A DNA stretch of 63,999 nucleotides, filler included, from Diploschistes diacapsis (taxonomy: Eukaryota): the NCBI GenBank assembly GCA_023645945.1. It is 12 parts of 12 records of this genome, joined end to end, with 100 filler letters (N's around TTAATTAATTAA, not from the genome) between each part and the next. Parts side by side here need not be neighbours in the genome. Positions count along the whole stretch, not along the records: positions 1 to 26,021 come from JALAIB010000192.1; 11 more parts are not named here. One strand, 5' to 3'. The notes under the pieces were generated by a model. The model was not told where the DNA came from and ran no database searches. It worked only from the letters and a program-made list of their open reading frames with translations. The stretch's first letter is position 1. Every line of letters starts with the position of its first letter. Shown one piece after another: positions 11,934 through 23,500 of the stretch. Made by a program: the position numbers and the translations under genes.

Positions 11934-12491
11934 AGCAATCACAGCCTGTTCTATCATACTACCATTCGTGTTTGCAGCAAGTTTCTCTCTCTCCTAAACT
12001 AGAATGACAAGAACTTCCCCTTTGGATGTCTCAAACTATCAGATACTAACGGTAGGCGCCACATCCCCCAGGCACCCTTAAAGGACTCCTGGCTAATCGC
12101 TCCTTCGTAAATGCTGATCAAGAATCGTCACTTGAAGAACTCCCGGCTACTTGCCGCTCTGCGAATGCCGCTCAAGAGATGCTCTTTCTTGTGGCTTCCG
12201 GGTTCTCCCCAGGACAAGGAGGTTAGGAAATAAAGAGTCTCAACGTCCACGGATCCGCGATTGAAGATGAAATAGAAAATTAGAGCTTAGGCGTCGTTGT
12301 TTACTGCTTAGGCCGTTGCATGCTTGAGGCGCTTCGCAGGACGTCCGGAGCTGAGGAACCGGTTGAAAAGGGAACCGTCCAATTGCTGTTTCAGGGTACA
12401 TGCCGAGAAAGAAAAGATCGTGCGGCCAGGTTGATACCGGGGCGATGTCACCAGTAAAACCGTTTAGCGGAGCGCCCCGACCCTCTCGATC

Positions 12492-13862
12492 TCACATCCA
12501 TCCACGATACCCTTGGAACTCCCCAATACGCTTGTTGTACGCGTCGGTCCATTCGTGTGCCCAGTCAGCTACTTTTCGGTCCGTATGGTCGTCCTTCCCT
12601 CTGAAAACCCAGCCCATGGAGAGGGGCGCACGCAGATCTGAAGCACCGAGTGAGTTTTGAGATTCAAAGTCTCCGTCTAAAAGCTGCTTGGCCTCGAGGT
12701 ACTGCCCGCATGTTTTCTTGATGTAACGGCTAAGTCTTTCACGGAGTTCGTCATCGAGAAGAGACTTCAGTCTCCACGGCCAGCTTGAGAAAAACCGCAA
12801 CCCGGTGTATGGCGAAAGCTCCCAGCTTGACGGAACGAGGAAGATGTGCTGGAGGCTTGGATGTTTGAAGGAGGTGATGTTGACCCTGATGTCCCATGTC
12901 GTTCCTGCTGACGATATGAAAGGTTTCACGTCGAACATTGTTGCGTCGAAGACATATGCTGGCATTAAGTTTGGGGACTCTTCGACACCGTCTACGTCTA
13001 GATTGATGGTCCATACATGCTTGTCGCTAAGCACACGCGGCTGCCTGAGAATATGGTCGAAACGCAAGCTCTCAAATTCCACAAAGCGATCATCTGAGGA
13101 GCCTGGAGTGGCACATGTGTCCTTCCCAACTTCTTTCTTCAGAAAGATGTTCATTGACCTGCGATCTGACTGAAGCGCTTTTTGCTTATCGTACTTCAAG
13201 TAGAAGTTTACTCCTTTATGAAAGGTAAGCTTTGGATAAAGCACGTACGCCCCTTTGTGAGTTATAAATGTTGCGGTTGCAGTTGACTCTAATTCTCGCA
13301 GAACGCTGGCAAGAGAAGAGGTATCGTCTATGCCTTGGTAGTTTGCAACCCGAATGCGAGGGCTGACGTCGGAGCGGCTCGAACCTTCCGGCTGCCAGAC
13401 ACTTGTCTGGGTAAATGCCCCATGCTGAGCATTAGTCGTTTCATTCACCTTCTTGTACCCCTCTTCTAAGATGAGGTACGCATACAGGTTGGTAAGGTCA
13501 ATATCCTTTGTTCCTGCACTAGTTTCCTGCCCGATGATGATCAACAACTCCGTGGCCGGGGTTATCTCTCGGTAGACGAACTGCATCGCAAAATTGCCAC
13601 TGATGAGCGCGTCTATATTGGCCAGTTCGGAGCGGAGGCGCTTCGGGTTTCTCACATAGTGTGACAAGCTTCGGTTCACGTCCCACAGTCTCTTTTCATT
13701 GTCACGATAGAGTGAGGATAACTCCCAGCACGTCTTTGACAAGGCGATGATCGCACTGTTCTCCAAATAAGGCACGAGTCTAACGTATATGGGGAACCAT
13801 CGATCGGGCTGCATGAGAAATTGCAGCAGGTTCTTTGAGCCTGTTAATGTGTTTACCCCCAT
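12492..13862 (-). CDS. Hypothetical protein with N-terminal F-box-like motif (456 aa)
   Basis: Long intronless ORF; LVPYLENSAIIALSKTCWELSSL resembles an F-box, followed by an ALISGNFAMQF motif. The true 3' end is uncertain. Confidence 0.65.
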   Translation of the reverse strand: MGVNTLTGSKNLLQFLMQPDRWFPIYVRLVPYLENSAIIALSKTCWELSSLYRDNEKRLWDVNRSLSHYVRNPKRLRSELANIDALISGNFAMQFVYREITPATELLIIIGQETSAGTKDIDLTNLYAYLILEEGYKKVNETTNAQHGAFTQTSVWQPEGSSRSDVSPRIRVANYQGIDDTSSLASVLRELESTATATFITHKGAYVLYPKLTFHKGVNFYLKYDKQKALQSDRRSMNIFLKKEVGKDTCATPGSSDDRFVEFESLRFDHILRQPRVLSDKHVWTINLDVDGVEESPNLMPAYVFDATMFDVKPFISSAGTTWDIRVNITSFKHPSLQHIFLVPSSWELSPYTGLRFFSSWPWRLKSLLDDELRERLSRYIKKTCGQYLEAKQLLDGDFESQNSLGASDLRAPLSMGWVFRGKDDHTDRKVADWAHEWTDAYNKRIGEFQGYRGWM

Positions 13863-15234
13863 AACTGCTAGTATGCTGGATTCGAGTGACTTGAGGTCTA
13901 AGCAAGCAGGAATGGGAATGACTCAGTTCTTGTATCTTGGTTATTGAAGGAAGATGAGATATGGATGCCAATTTGAATATCAGGAAATTTTCTCAAAAAA
14001 AACGAAACGAGAAAGATTCCGTGGTTGTCAGGAGCAGCGGGCGCTTTTAAGGAAGAGAAATTATGAAGCTTCAACACTCTACGGACTCGACTAGCTCCGT
14101 TTGTGCGGGGGGATGTAGCAACATCATCGGTGCGCCGCTACGACCATAACGAACATTCAAGTCCGAACAAACGCAGAGCAAATGCCGCAAAGCCCTCATG
14201 GGTAGGGTTTCTGGGGGGTTTGAAGCTCCATGAGTGCTCCAAGGGGAAGGGAATCCAACGAATGACGAACACGGATGCAGCTTGGGGAGGTGGTTCGGCC
14301 CTCGATAGTGGTCGACTTCGTTGTCACTGTACCATAAGACGTACCCACCTTGAACCTTAATATAGGCAGAAGTATTCACGATCTCAAGAACCACACTTTA
14401 GGGCCTTCAGCAAAGGAGATTCCAGACCATATAGAACGTGTGAAAGCGAACGAACAACAGGGCTATGCCGGTAGGGTGACTGCAAAGTAACCCTACGACA
14501 GAAGCTGGCATCTCACCATCAGTGGCAAAAAGCTAGGATCCTCCCTTTAGGAATGTCCATAGAGGATCGCTGAACTAGATTCGTTCGCCTAGAATTGTTC
14601 ATTCAGACTCGTCCATCTACTAGCAAAGCCATGTCATCGTATAGAACAGTGTTCTTTTCTTTTATTCCAACCAGCCCCCATCAAAGCTTTACCTACGGAC
14701 ACCAGTCCTGTACAGTATAAGTCGTTCCTCGATGAGGCACATTGGCTGTTATCCGGATCTTCCAAGGCCAATCTTCACGAAGACCGCGGAACATACTTTG
14801 CACCTCACTGTAAGCACTTGAGCTCCTGTGTCAGTGGTTTAAGGGTATCAGGAAGCGCTTTAGCGGCATATGCCAGCAGCCAGCTACTTGCGCTGACACA
14901 ATCATTGTTGCACGATAGGAACTCGGCTCTTGTGCGTGAACTCCAAGTCATGGTTTGCAAGTTGTTTGTAAATTGTAACAAAGAGGTCGTGGCGGATAAA
15001 CGCGCCCGAAAGGCGCCTTACGCGCCCCTATCTATCTTATCTCGGAAAAATAATCTTGCGCTTCCGCTACGTATCTTTCGATTCTGCAATGTTTCCTTTG
15101 TTTACTAGGCTTCTTTAAGAAATGAAATGCGACATAAGCAGCGTAACGCGATATATCAGCTTGATCAATACCTATCAAATCCTTCACTGCACTGGAACGC
15201 CTAGAAGTCTCAAGTCTGACGAAAGATTGGCAAC

Positions 15235-16357
15235 ATGCCGCCGATTAGATCCAAAACTACAAAATGCAATCCCAAGGCTACCAAAAGCTATTCTAAGGCT
15301 ACCAAAAGCAATCCCAAGGCTCTACTAAAGCATGAATTTGAGCGTGTAAGATCCATACCGCCAAACGATTTGTAACAAGTTTAACCAAAAGCTAGCTCGC
15401 CCCGGGTGGATCGCAAATTCCTTCTGGTTATATCTTTGTACCGAAAGGTGCCCACCCTGCCAAAGTATATCGCTGGCTATCCAACTGACAGTCTGACAGG
15501 TGATCCCTATATCACTCGGCACTGGTAGGTTTTGTGCTTATCATTCTTTGTAGTGCTAAGATCAGCTAGTCGTCATCTCACTGCTGAGTCCCATCAAGTG
15601 CTTTATGTTGTCTATGTAAGTCTCTTTCGAATTTCTTGAGTGGTGGTTTAATCCATCTCAGGATGAAAAGACTATGGAGCGCCTTGGCCTGCGTTGCTCT
15701 GTGGATGTCTTTGAAGAAGTAACTGAGAAAGCCTCTTCTTCGGCACAGTATCGCAAAGACATCGTAGAGGCCAGGGATCGCCGGGACATTGATAATGCCA
15801 GAACGGCCCTCATGCACCTCTTTCCCAGGATCCCAATTGCTGTGGCAGAAGCGATTTTGCTGCATGGATTCGAAAAGGGAAGCGGTCGTGTAGGTCGGAC
15901 GGGTACTATTGAGAGTGACGAGAAGGTCACACTAGCCGTTATAGCATATGCGCGGCATAATTTTACACCGTACGAGGAGCATATTCGAGAGTTCCGCCGC
16001 GGTATGGAAGGGAATAAGGCGAAGCCTCTGGCGCGAGAAGCAATCAGGGATCAACTGCAGGAGGTTCTGACTGCCTGGCGCTCTTCCAATGTTAGTGTAA
16101 TCCCCTCGAGTTTAAAGGAAGCCAAAAAGAAGCACGAAGTCAAGACACGTCCAACCAAAGGCGCGAAAACGTCCCGCCACAGACCCACAATCAGCACACC
16201 CAAGAAGCGGACGGCCATGAAGAAGAAAAGCGCGAATGGAGCCCCTAGGGGTATAGTATGTCCTCCCAATACTCCCACAAAAAGTTTAGCTCTCAAGCCT
16301 CCACGAAGAAAGGCTGCCCTCGCAGCCATAAGAGGTTATAACAAAAGGATTATATAA
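15235..16357 (+). CDS. DUF2293-family protein (5 exons)
   Basis: Spliced reconstruction MPPIRSK...HEFER|LARPGGSQIPSGYIFVPKG|DPYITRHC|RHLTAESHQVLYVVY|DEKTMERLGLR..., with core HLFPRIP...GSGRVGRT...LAVIAYARHNFTPYE and a basic tail. Confidence 0.8.
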
Positions 16358-16408
16358 AGGCCATCCTCTATCCTGGTTCGAAAACTAGTCGACTCTCTAG
16401 GCGAGTCA

Positions 16409-17514
16409 TCACAGTCGAGGTGCTTTTGCAGACCTTTGTCTTGTTGTTGCCTGGGTGCTCGGTGCCTTGTTGTGGCTCTCGATCGCGTTCATAAATGACT
16501 CGTCGCCGGAGAAATGCCTGTGCATAGGGTAGTCAGCGCTCGGATATAGGACCCTTGCACCATAGTGGGTAAAGCTAGGTACAAATATTGGAGGTAGACA
16601 TGCTGGGCCTATACGTTCTTACCAGTTGCGTTCACCACCATTCGGGAGGTGGTCAACATTTGCATTCATCTCGCAGATCCATCCTCCTCGAACACCTCGA
16701 CCTTGTCTCCAATTAAGCTTTTGCGACCCACTGTTCCCTGTATGGTCTGGGAGCTTTGCTACTGAGCCCTTGGGCTTTCTCGTGAATTTAGAGATTGAGC
16801 ATGTGAAAGTGTTGAAGTCTTTTTCGGCAGGGTCTTGTGGCATTTGCCCTGTGAGTACTCTACCGATAGCAATTATGGGCGCAGCATGACTGGATATTAT
16901 GATGGATTCTGGCAGCTGAGAAGTAAGGACGGTGTCTGCATCTGCAATGATCCGCCACAAAGCATAAGCTATTCGATCGTGCAATTCCGATATGTCTTCT
17001 CCCCTTGGGTCTGGGATGGTAGAAGTTTTGTCTATTAACGAAGGAAAGAAAGCTTGAAGTTGGTAGAGAGGCGCAGGAGCGGGTTGAAGGAAATGAGCTT
17101 TTCCAAACCAGTCACTTTGGTATTCAGTGACAGCCAAAAGTGATCTTCGGCACTGGAGTCTTACCCTAAACCCTGATCTGATATTAGAGGTACCTGTGGT
17201 AGCCGAGACGCAAATGGCTGGATTGTTTGTATGCAACGATAGAATGGACTCGTATAGATGCGTGAGATCCTAGGCTTGAGAGTATCTGCGAGCTTTGCCA
17301 TATGTATTGCTTGCTGGACCCCGTATGCTGTGAGTGCTGGGTCCGCGGGTCTCCCTGTCGGCGACGGCATAGAGCAATATACATCCCCTGAAGTTGGATT
17401 TACATGGAACGCAGGCCGGAACTATAGCTATTAGCTGAGCGCCTCGATATGTGACAGCAAATTCGGATATGTGTTTACCCCATGCCGAACAACAAAAATA
17501 GTAGTCAAACCCAT
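16409..17514 (-). CDS. Histidine phosphatase (PGM family), Tfc7/tau55-like
   Basis: MGLTTIFVVRHG|FRPAFHVNP...PTGRPADPALTAYG, IYTSPFYRCIQT, SHAAPIIAIGRVLTG, HLPNGGERNW|HFSGDESF; GT-AG introns; stop at 16409-16411. Confidence 0.88.
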
Positions 17515-18010
17515 GTCGACCTACTGTTAGCGGCGGAGGATGCAATTGAAGCAAGTAAAATGCTATTTACTCTATGCAATGGCGAATATATAATGTAACT
17601 TTCATCCTAGTCCATCACAGAAGCCGATGTTCACCTTTTCATGCCGTGAATGACGTATCATGAATACTTAACTTACCTATTTCCCAAGACCCCTCCCTAC
17701 TAACTTCTCCAAGCTACACATCTACGCAAACCCAATTCTTCATGATTGAACTTGCGAAAAGCTCATCTTCGATGATCAGAGCTATGAGTTGTTAGGCTCC
17801 TAAGCCGCCAATGGCATCACTCGTGTCATGCTTGACACCAAGCAACCCCACTTACAACGTGAGACCTATGGACAATAAGTATAGACTCATTTCCTCGAGT
17901 CCTTTTGGAGACTGCATGCGTTCGCGAAAATTCCTCACCTTTTCCTGTTCTCTGCCTTCCTTTGCGGTGGCTCCATCTCCATTATATCATTGAGATCTTT
18001 TTGTCCCAGC

Positions 18011-19978
18011 ATGAAACGTTCTGTTCAGTTGACACTATGTGCTATTCCAATCTATGCTCAAGTACCTAGCAGTAACTTCCCTAATGCAACTACCTCAGTA
18101 GCCAGTCAGACAACTGCCTTGACCGCTGCTGCTACGTCTCTTGATTTGTCTGTGGAAGGTAGAGTTGAATCGATCAGTCCTTCAATGGCATGCTTACAGT
18201 GCAGATCTGTGGGATCTCTTTGTCGGCCCGGTATCAACGGCAGCCATCAACACAACGGTCGCCGCTACACCTGTTCCAAGCAGTGAACTCATTCCTCCCC
18301 CGCCGTTATACTATTCTTCCTACCCCACAGGGGAACAGAACCCTGCGTATGCCAAGAACAACAGCTGGAGTTTGCCTAAGAACTTCTTCTGGGGTGTCTC
18401 TAGTGCCGCCTATCAGGTCGAAGGAGCTGTCAAAGACGAAGGCAGAGGACCGAGTATTTGGGATGTCCTTACACACAGAGTGACCAACTTCGTGCTCAAC
18501 AACAACACCGGGGACATTGCTGATAACCAGTACTATCTATATAAGCAGGACATTGCGCGCATCGCAGCTTTAGGTACTCAAGTCTATTCCTTTAGCATTA
18601 GGTAGGACCATAGGTCCTTGCTGAGATAAGCTGTTTCTAATGAAGCTACAGCTGGTCTCGCGTCATGCCGTATGGAAGAGGATTGATTAACGAACAAGCT
18701 CTGGCTCACTATGACGACGTGATCAACACATGTCTTCAGTACAACGTTACGCCAGCGGTGACTCTTTTCCACTGGGATCTTCCGCTGTATTTGCAGAACC
18801 TTTACGGCGGCTGGCTTAGTGAGGACATTGTTCCCGATTTCCTTGAATACGCCCGCGTTGTTTTCTCAAGGTATGGCAACAGGGTAGGATACTGGGCTAC
18901 GCTCAATGAGCCGATTGTTTTCTGCAATGATTATCCTCTACCGGAGCATTACTTCAAATCGACGAGTATCCCACCGAAGCATCAACCTTTCTATTGCGGA
19001 CAAAGTGCCTTATTAGCGCATTCTCAAGCCTACCGGTTAGGCAAGGCAATGAACTTGACTGGTCCTATTTTCTTCAAAACAAATGGCGGCTACAAAATAC
19101 CACTGACTAATTCCTCCGAGGACGCCCTGGCCACCCAGCGAGCCTGGGACTTCAATGAAGGGTGGTTTGCCAACCCTGTATTCATCGACGGCGACTACCC
19201 TCCATATCTAAAAAATTACACTTCTGCCTTCCTCCGAAACTTTACGGAGGAGGAGAGGGCTGCGATCAAAGGGTCTTCTGATGTTTTTGCTATTGACGCA
19301 TACACGTCGAACTTCGAGATGGCGCCAGACGAAGGTATTGAGACTTGCCTGGCAAACACAACCGGTGCTTTGTATCCTTCGTGTGCTAACGGCAGTTATA
19401 CCTACTCCGCTGCTGATGGCGGGTGGAACATCGGATATGCAGCGGATCCTGGCTCTCCTTGGCTGCATATAGCTACCGATTGGGTGGGTTGCGGCAGACT
19501 CTCAATCTTCCAGTATCGGCACTAATACGAGCACACAGGTTCCTCAGTATATGCATTACATCTATGACACGTGGAAGCCTTCGTCGATCGTTGTCTCCGA
19601 ATTTGGATTTTCTGTACCTTTTGAAAGCATGAAAACGATCCGGGCAGATGTCTTGACTGACTTACCACGAAGAATCTACTTTCGCCAATACATGGAGGCT
19701 CTACTGATAGCCATCAGCGAGGGAGTGCCTATTGCGGGCACCTTGGCGTAAGTCTTTTCCCTTCCACCCTAGGAGAAATACAACGACCCCGCTAGACGAT
19801 GTTCTTTACTAACTGCCTAAAAAGCTGGTCTTTGATCGATAACCTTGAATGGAACGAAGGTTACACGACGAAATTTGGTTTGCAGTACGTGAATTTCTCG
19901 TCCCCAAATCTTGAGCGGTCGTACAAGGCGAGTTTCTTCGAGTACGTGAATGTGGTAAACGAGTACCTACAAAAGTAA
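18011..19978 (+). CDS. Glycoside hydrolase family 1 beta-glucosidase, probably secreted (5 exons)
   Basis: [31 protein letters not shown], acid/base TLNEP, nucleophile [15 protein letters not shown]-terminal signal-like and S/T-rich extension; many NxS/T sites. Confidence 0.93.
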
Positions 19979-20514
19979 GCCAAGTAAGTAGGACTGCAAG
20001 GAAATCAAAGAAATGGTAAATATATTGTATTAGAGGGTTGGTTTAGATACGAACTTCCAGATATAAACTGTCTTTCTCACCGTACTTGGAGTTGAAACGG
20101 TGTGCGGAGGTTGTAGATCAGATCTGGAGGCGTATCATTCCTTCTCGGCCCACGTGCAAATAAGTGGTGCACCAGCTCTACGGAGTAGTAGACTGATTCT
20201 TTCCCGTGATTGGCCAGCCTTTTGTTTACTTCAACCACTCAAGCGAGCTTTGAGATCCAGTTTATCCCAGGCCGTTTGACAAGCCATGCATGCGTTTTGG
20301 CAACTGAACCTTGCCAGGGAGCTTGCCTGTTAGTGGCCACCTTTTTACGATTTGATGCTGCCGAAACCCGCCTTCATGAGGAACTCTCACGACCACTTCT
20401 GCGTAAACAATGCCATTCACAGCTTTGTTTAAGCCCGCATCTATGATGTACTATAGCTCCGGAAGTACATAATGCATTGAATCATGTTGGCTAATCATTA
20501 TGCTATAGATTGAA

Positions 20515-23500
20515 ATGCCGTCGCCAGCGACGCCTCGAAGAAGCGCTGGGCGTGTGGTCACCAAAACGCCGGCAAAGAACTCTGTCGACATTGGCAAGCC
20601 TCTCGGTCCCTACGATAACAACTTAGTCCGCGAGCGTGTGCGGCAATGGCAGGCCGAGGGAGGGGGAGTGATCACAACGGAGGAACCGCTCGCGGACACT
20701 GACCGCAACGAACAAGCCAAACCCAAGTCTAATGGGCAACGCCCATTACAGAAAGATGAACCTGCTGCAGAAGCATCAGCTGATGCGTTATCGGGACAGG
20801 GACAACCATCCGCTGTACAAGAAAAGGCCGAAGAGAAGGCAGCCAAAGAAAATAAACCTAAGAGCATCAGTACACCCAAGAAGAGGATTGTAAGCGATGG
20901 CCATTGGAGAAGGAAAAGATCGCCGCCGAAGAACGCTGAAAAGGCCAAGGCCAAGGCCAAGGCGAAGGAATCGGCTAAAGCGCTGCTTGTAGACGATGGA
21001 ATTAGAATAAAGCCGATGCTAGGCAAGGTCTCCAACGACAACGGCGCAGCTGAACACCCGAAACCAACCAAGATCACTCCAAGAAAGAAGAAGGTTGTCC
21101 AGGACGATGGGATAAGGGTCTATGCCACCCCACCTTCGTCTCGTCATCCGTCCGTTCAAGTGTTCCATGAGCCAAATGGCACAATAGATCTCGACGGCAG
21201 GTCTTGCAAAGGCGAGGCTCGCAGTATGCAGTCAAGGTCCGCATCTCCTGGCCCAAGCCTATCGCCGGAAACCCAAAAGAGCCAGGATATCACTTCAAAA
21301 GAATCACCGCGGTTTGAGACTTACGACAAGTCATCCGGCAAAAGAGATGGGGAGAAATTTGCTTCGTCGCGGCCCATCGAGGAGGCTTTTGACGGACCGC
21401 CAAAAGACGACCAGCGACTGTCTCCCAAGAAAGGAACAAGTAAGAGATCTAGCAAAGGCATATTCGCCCAGGTGATTGGTGAATCTAAAAAGATGTTCTC
21501 GAGAACAGAAACTGTCTATATCGAACCGTCCGAAAATCCTCGGATAGACGCATGGCTAGGAGGGGTGCCTGATCCTTCAGAGGACCCATTTGTGACGGAC
21601 GAAGTACCAATAGATCAGCCGCCAGTAGAGATACCCGCTCCTCTCAATGTTAGAAGTCGGCGAAAACAGCGCTTGAAGGAGAGCGAAGCACAAGTTGAAG
21701 ATCCGAACAAGATATGGGATTCTGTGTCTCGCAGAGAAGGAGACACCCATGACAGAGTACCCTCGAGCCGTCCCCGGAGAAGACGGGCAGAGCGAAAAAG
21801 CGAAACCCCCAAAGAGGTTCCTCCTGCAGCTTCCGAACCAGAATCTGCTCTCGGAAGGAACAAGGAAGGCGCGGAGCCGGAGCATCCGATCTTAGACAGC
21901 ACGACAACCGATGCCACGCCAGTATCGCCTTCTTCCACTCCGCGTTTACGCAGAAGAAATGCTCGCCGGAAATCTGTTCACTTGCAACGTGATTCTCCAA
22001 AGGCTGAAGAACGCCAATCATCGCCGTTAAAGGAATCCTTCAATTTTCCGCTGGAAGAGCAGCAATCTAATGTCTCTTCGGCCAACACAGAGTCTTCCGT
22101 AGAGCCAATCGACCCCAACAGCCCTCTTAAACCAGCACCTCTAACGTCAAGACGCCCGTTTCCCTCCGTTGGCAAGCATCGATTGTCAACGATCTTGTCC
22201 GTGGATACACTAGGCTCAAAAGCACAAAGTCAAGCTGCACCTTCAATCTCGGAAGTCTCAGACGCGACTGTACAACCACAGGCACATACATCCAAAGAGA
22301 TGCGTGACGAAGCCAGAGACCGGTTTGACCCGAACTCGCTAAGCAGGAACCCAAGTAAATCTCGCTTGACAAGACATGCTGATCTTATATCTGTTCTATC
22401 CACTCCTACGGGGGTTGAAAAGAGCATACGATCCGCAAGAAGCATTCGGACAAATCGTAGCCGGCTCGAAAGAGCAACAATTGACGACGTGATGCGAGAG
22501 CTCGCCGATGACGAAACCAGGTATATGAGGGAAGTCAGGACTCTAGTTGATGGGGTCATTCCGGTTCTCCTCTCATGCGTACTCTCAAAGACCGAGTCTG
22601 CTATTGCTGCTGGGCTATTCAGCCCTGCAGGGAATGTGGCAAATGATCCAACAATTACCAAACCAATTATAGACATGGGCATTTGCCTTGAGCGGTTAAA
22701 AGCATGGCACAAAAGGATAGAGCCATGCAGCGGCCGACCTACAACTTCTGCATCGTTCCTAACTTGGGCTCAGGGCGTTCATAGAGCTTATGCAGACTAT
22801 TTGAAATCCTGGCGCATGGGCTTCCAAGACGTCGTGGTCAATCTAGCATCCGCCGGTACTGAGGATCAGAAAGAACCTGGCATTCAAGGAGGTCTACCCA
22901 GAAATGAGCAAGGTGACGTTACAGACAGCAATGGCGAGAGAGTTGACGTCGCCTACCTTCTGAAGAGACCTCTGGTTCGCCTGAAATACCTTGCAAAGAC
23001 TCTGAGAGGAATCAATCACCTTTTACCATCTACGCAGGCAGGGAAGCTTGCCGTAGATTTCCAAAGCCTCGTGGAAGAAGCGAGGAACCGAGTCAACGAA
23101 GAACGTGCTAGACTCGAAGATGAGGCGGCGGCAGGTATTGATCCAACGCGAGCAAGAGATCCTCGTTCTCTAGTACCACTTACCGGTGTTCAAGTTAACA
23201 AAAACCGTCGCGTCCGAGCTCGGGACTTCTTTGATTTGACATTATCACATTCGAGTGGCGAAAGGGTAGACTGTCGTGTCGAACTTCTCCTCCGAGATGA
23301 TCCGCCTGGCGAGGGAGTTGATGCAGATCTTCTGATTTGCGAAGTTGACGGCACCGGACGCTGGCTTCTCTTTCCGCCCATATCGGCAAGCTATGTGTCC
23401 TCTCGAAATGGCGACACAGAACGCGAAATTGTAGTCATGATAAGAGGCATGCAGTCAAACGGTCAAGAATGGAATGAGCTACTTTCCCTGATGGGCGATG

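Noticed and set aside
14071..14394. 107-aa ORF in the 13.9-15.2 kb intergenic region
   Set aside because: Non-ATG start, no recognisable motif or splice support.
17565..17605. Alternative start MKVTLYIRHC for the histidine phosphatase
   Set aside because: Stops after 12 codons; the ATG at 17514 gives MGLTTIFVVRHG with a canonical intron.
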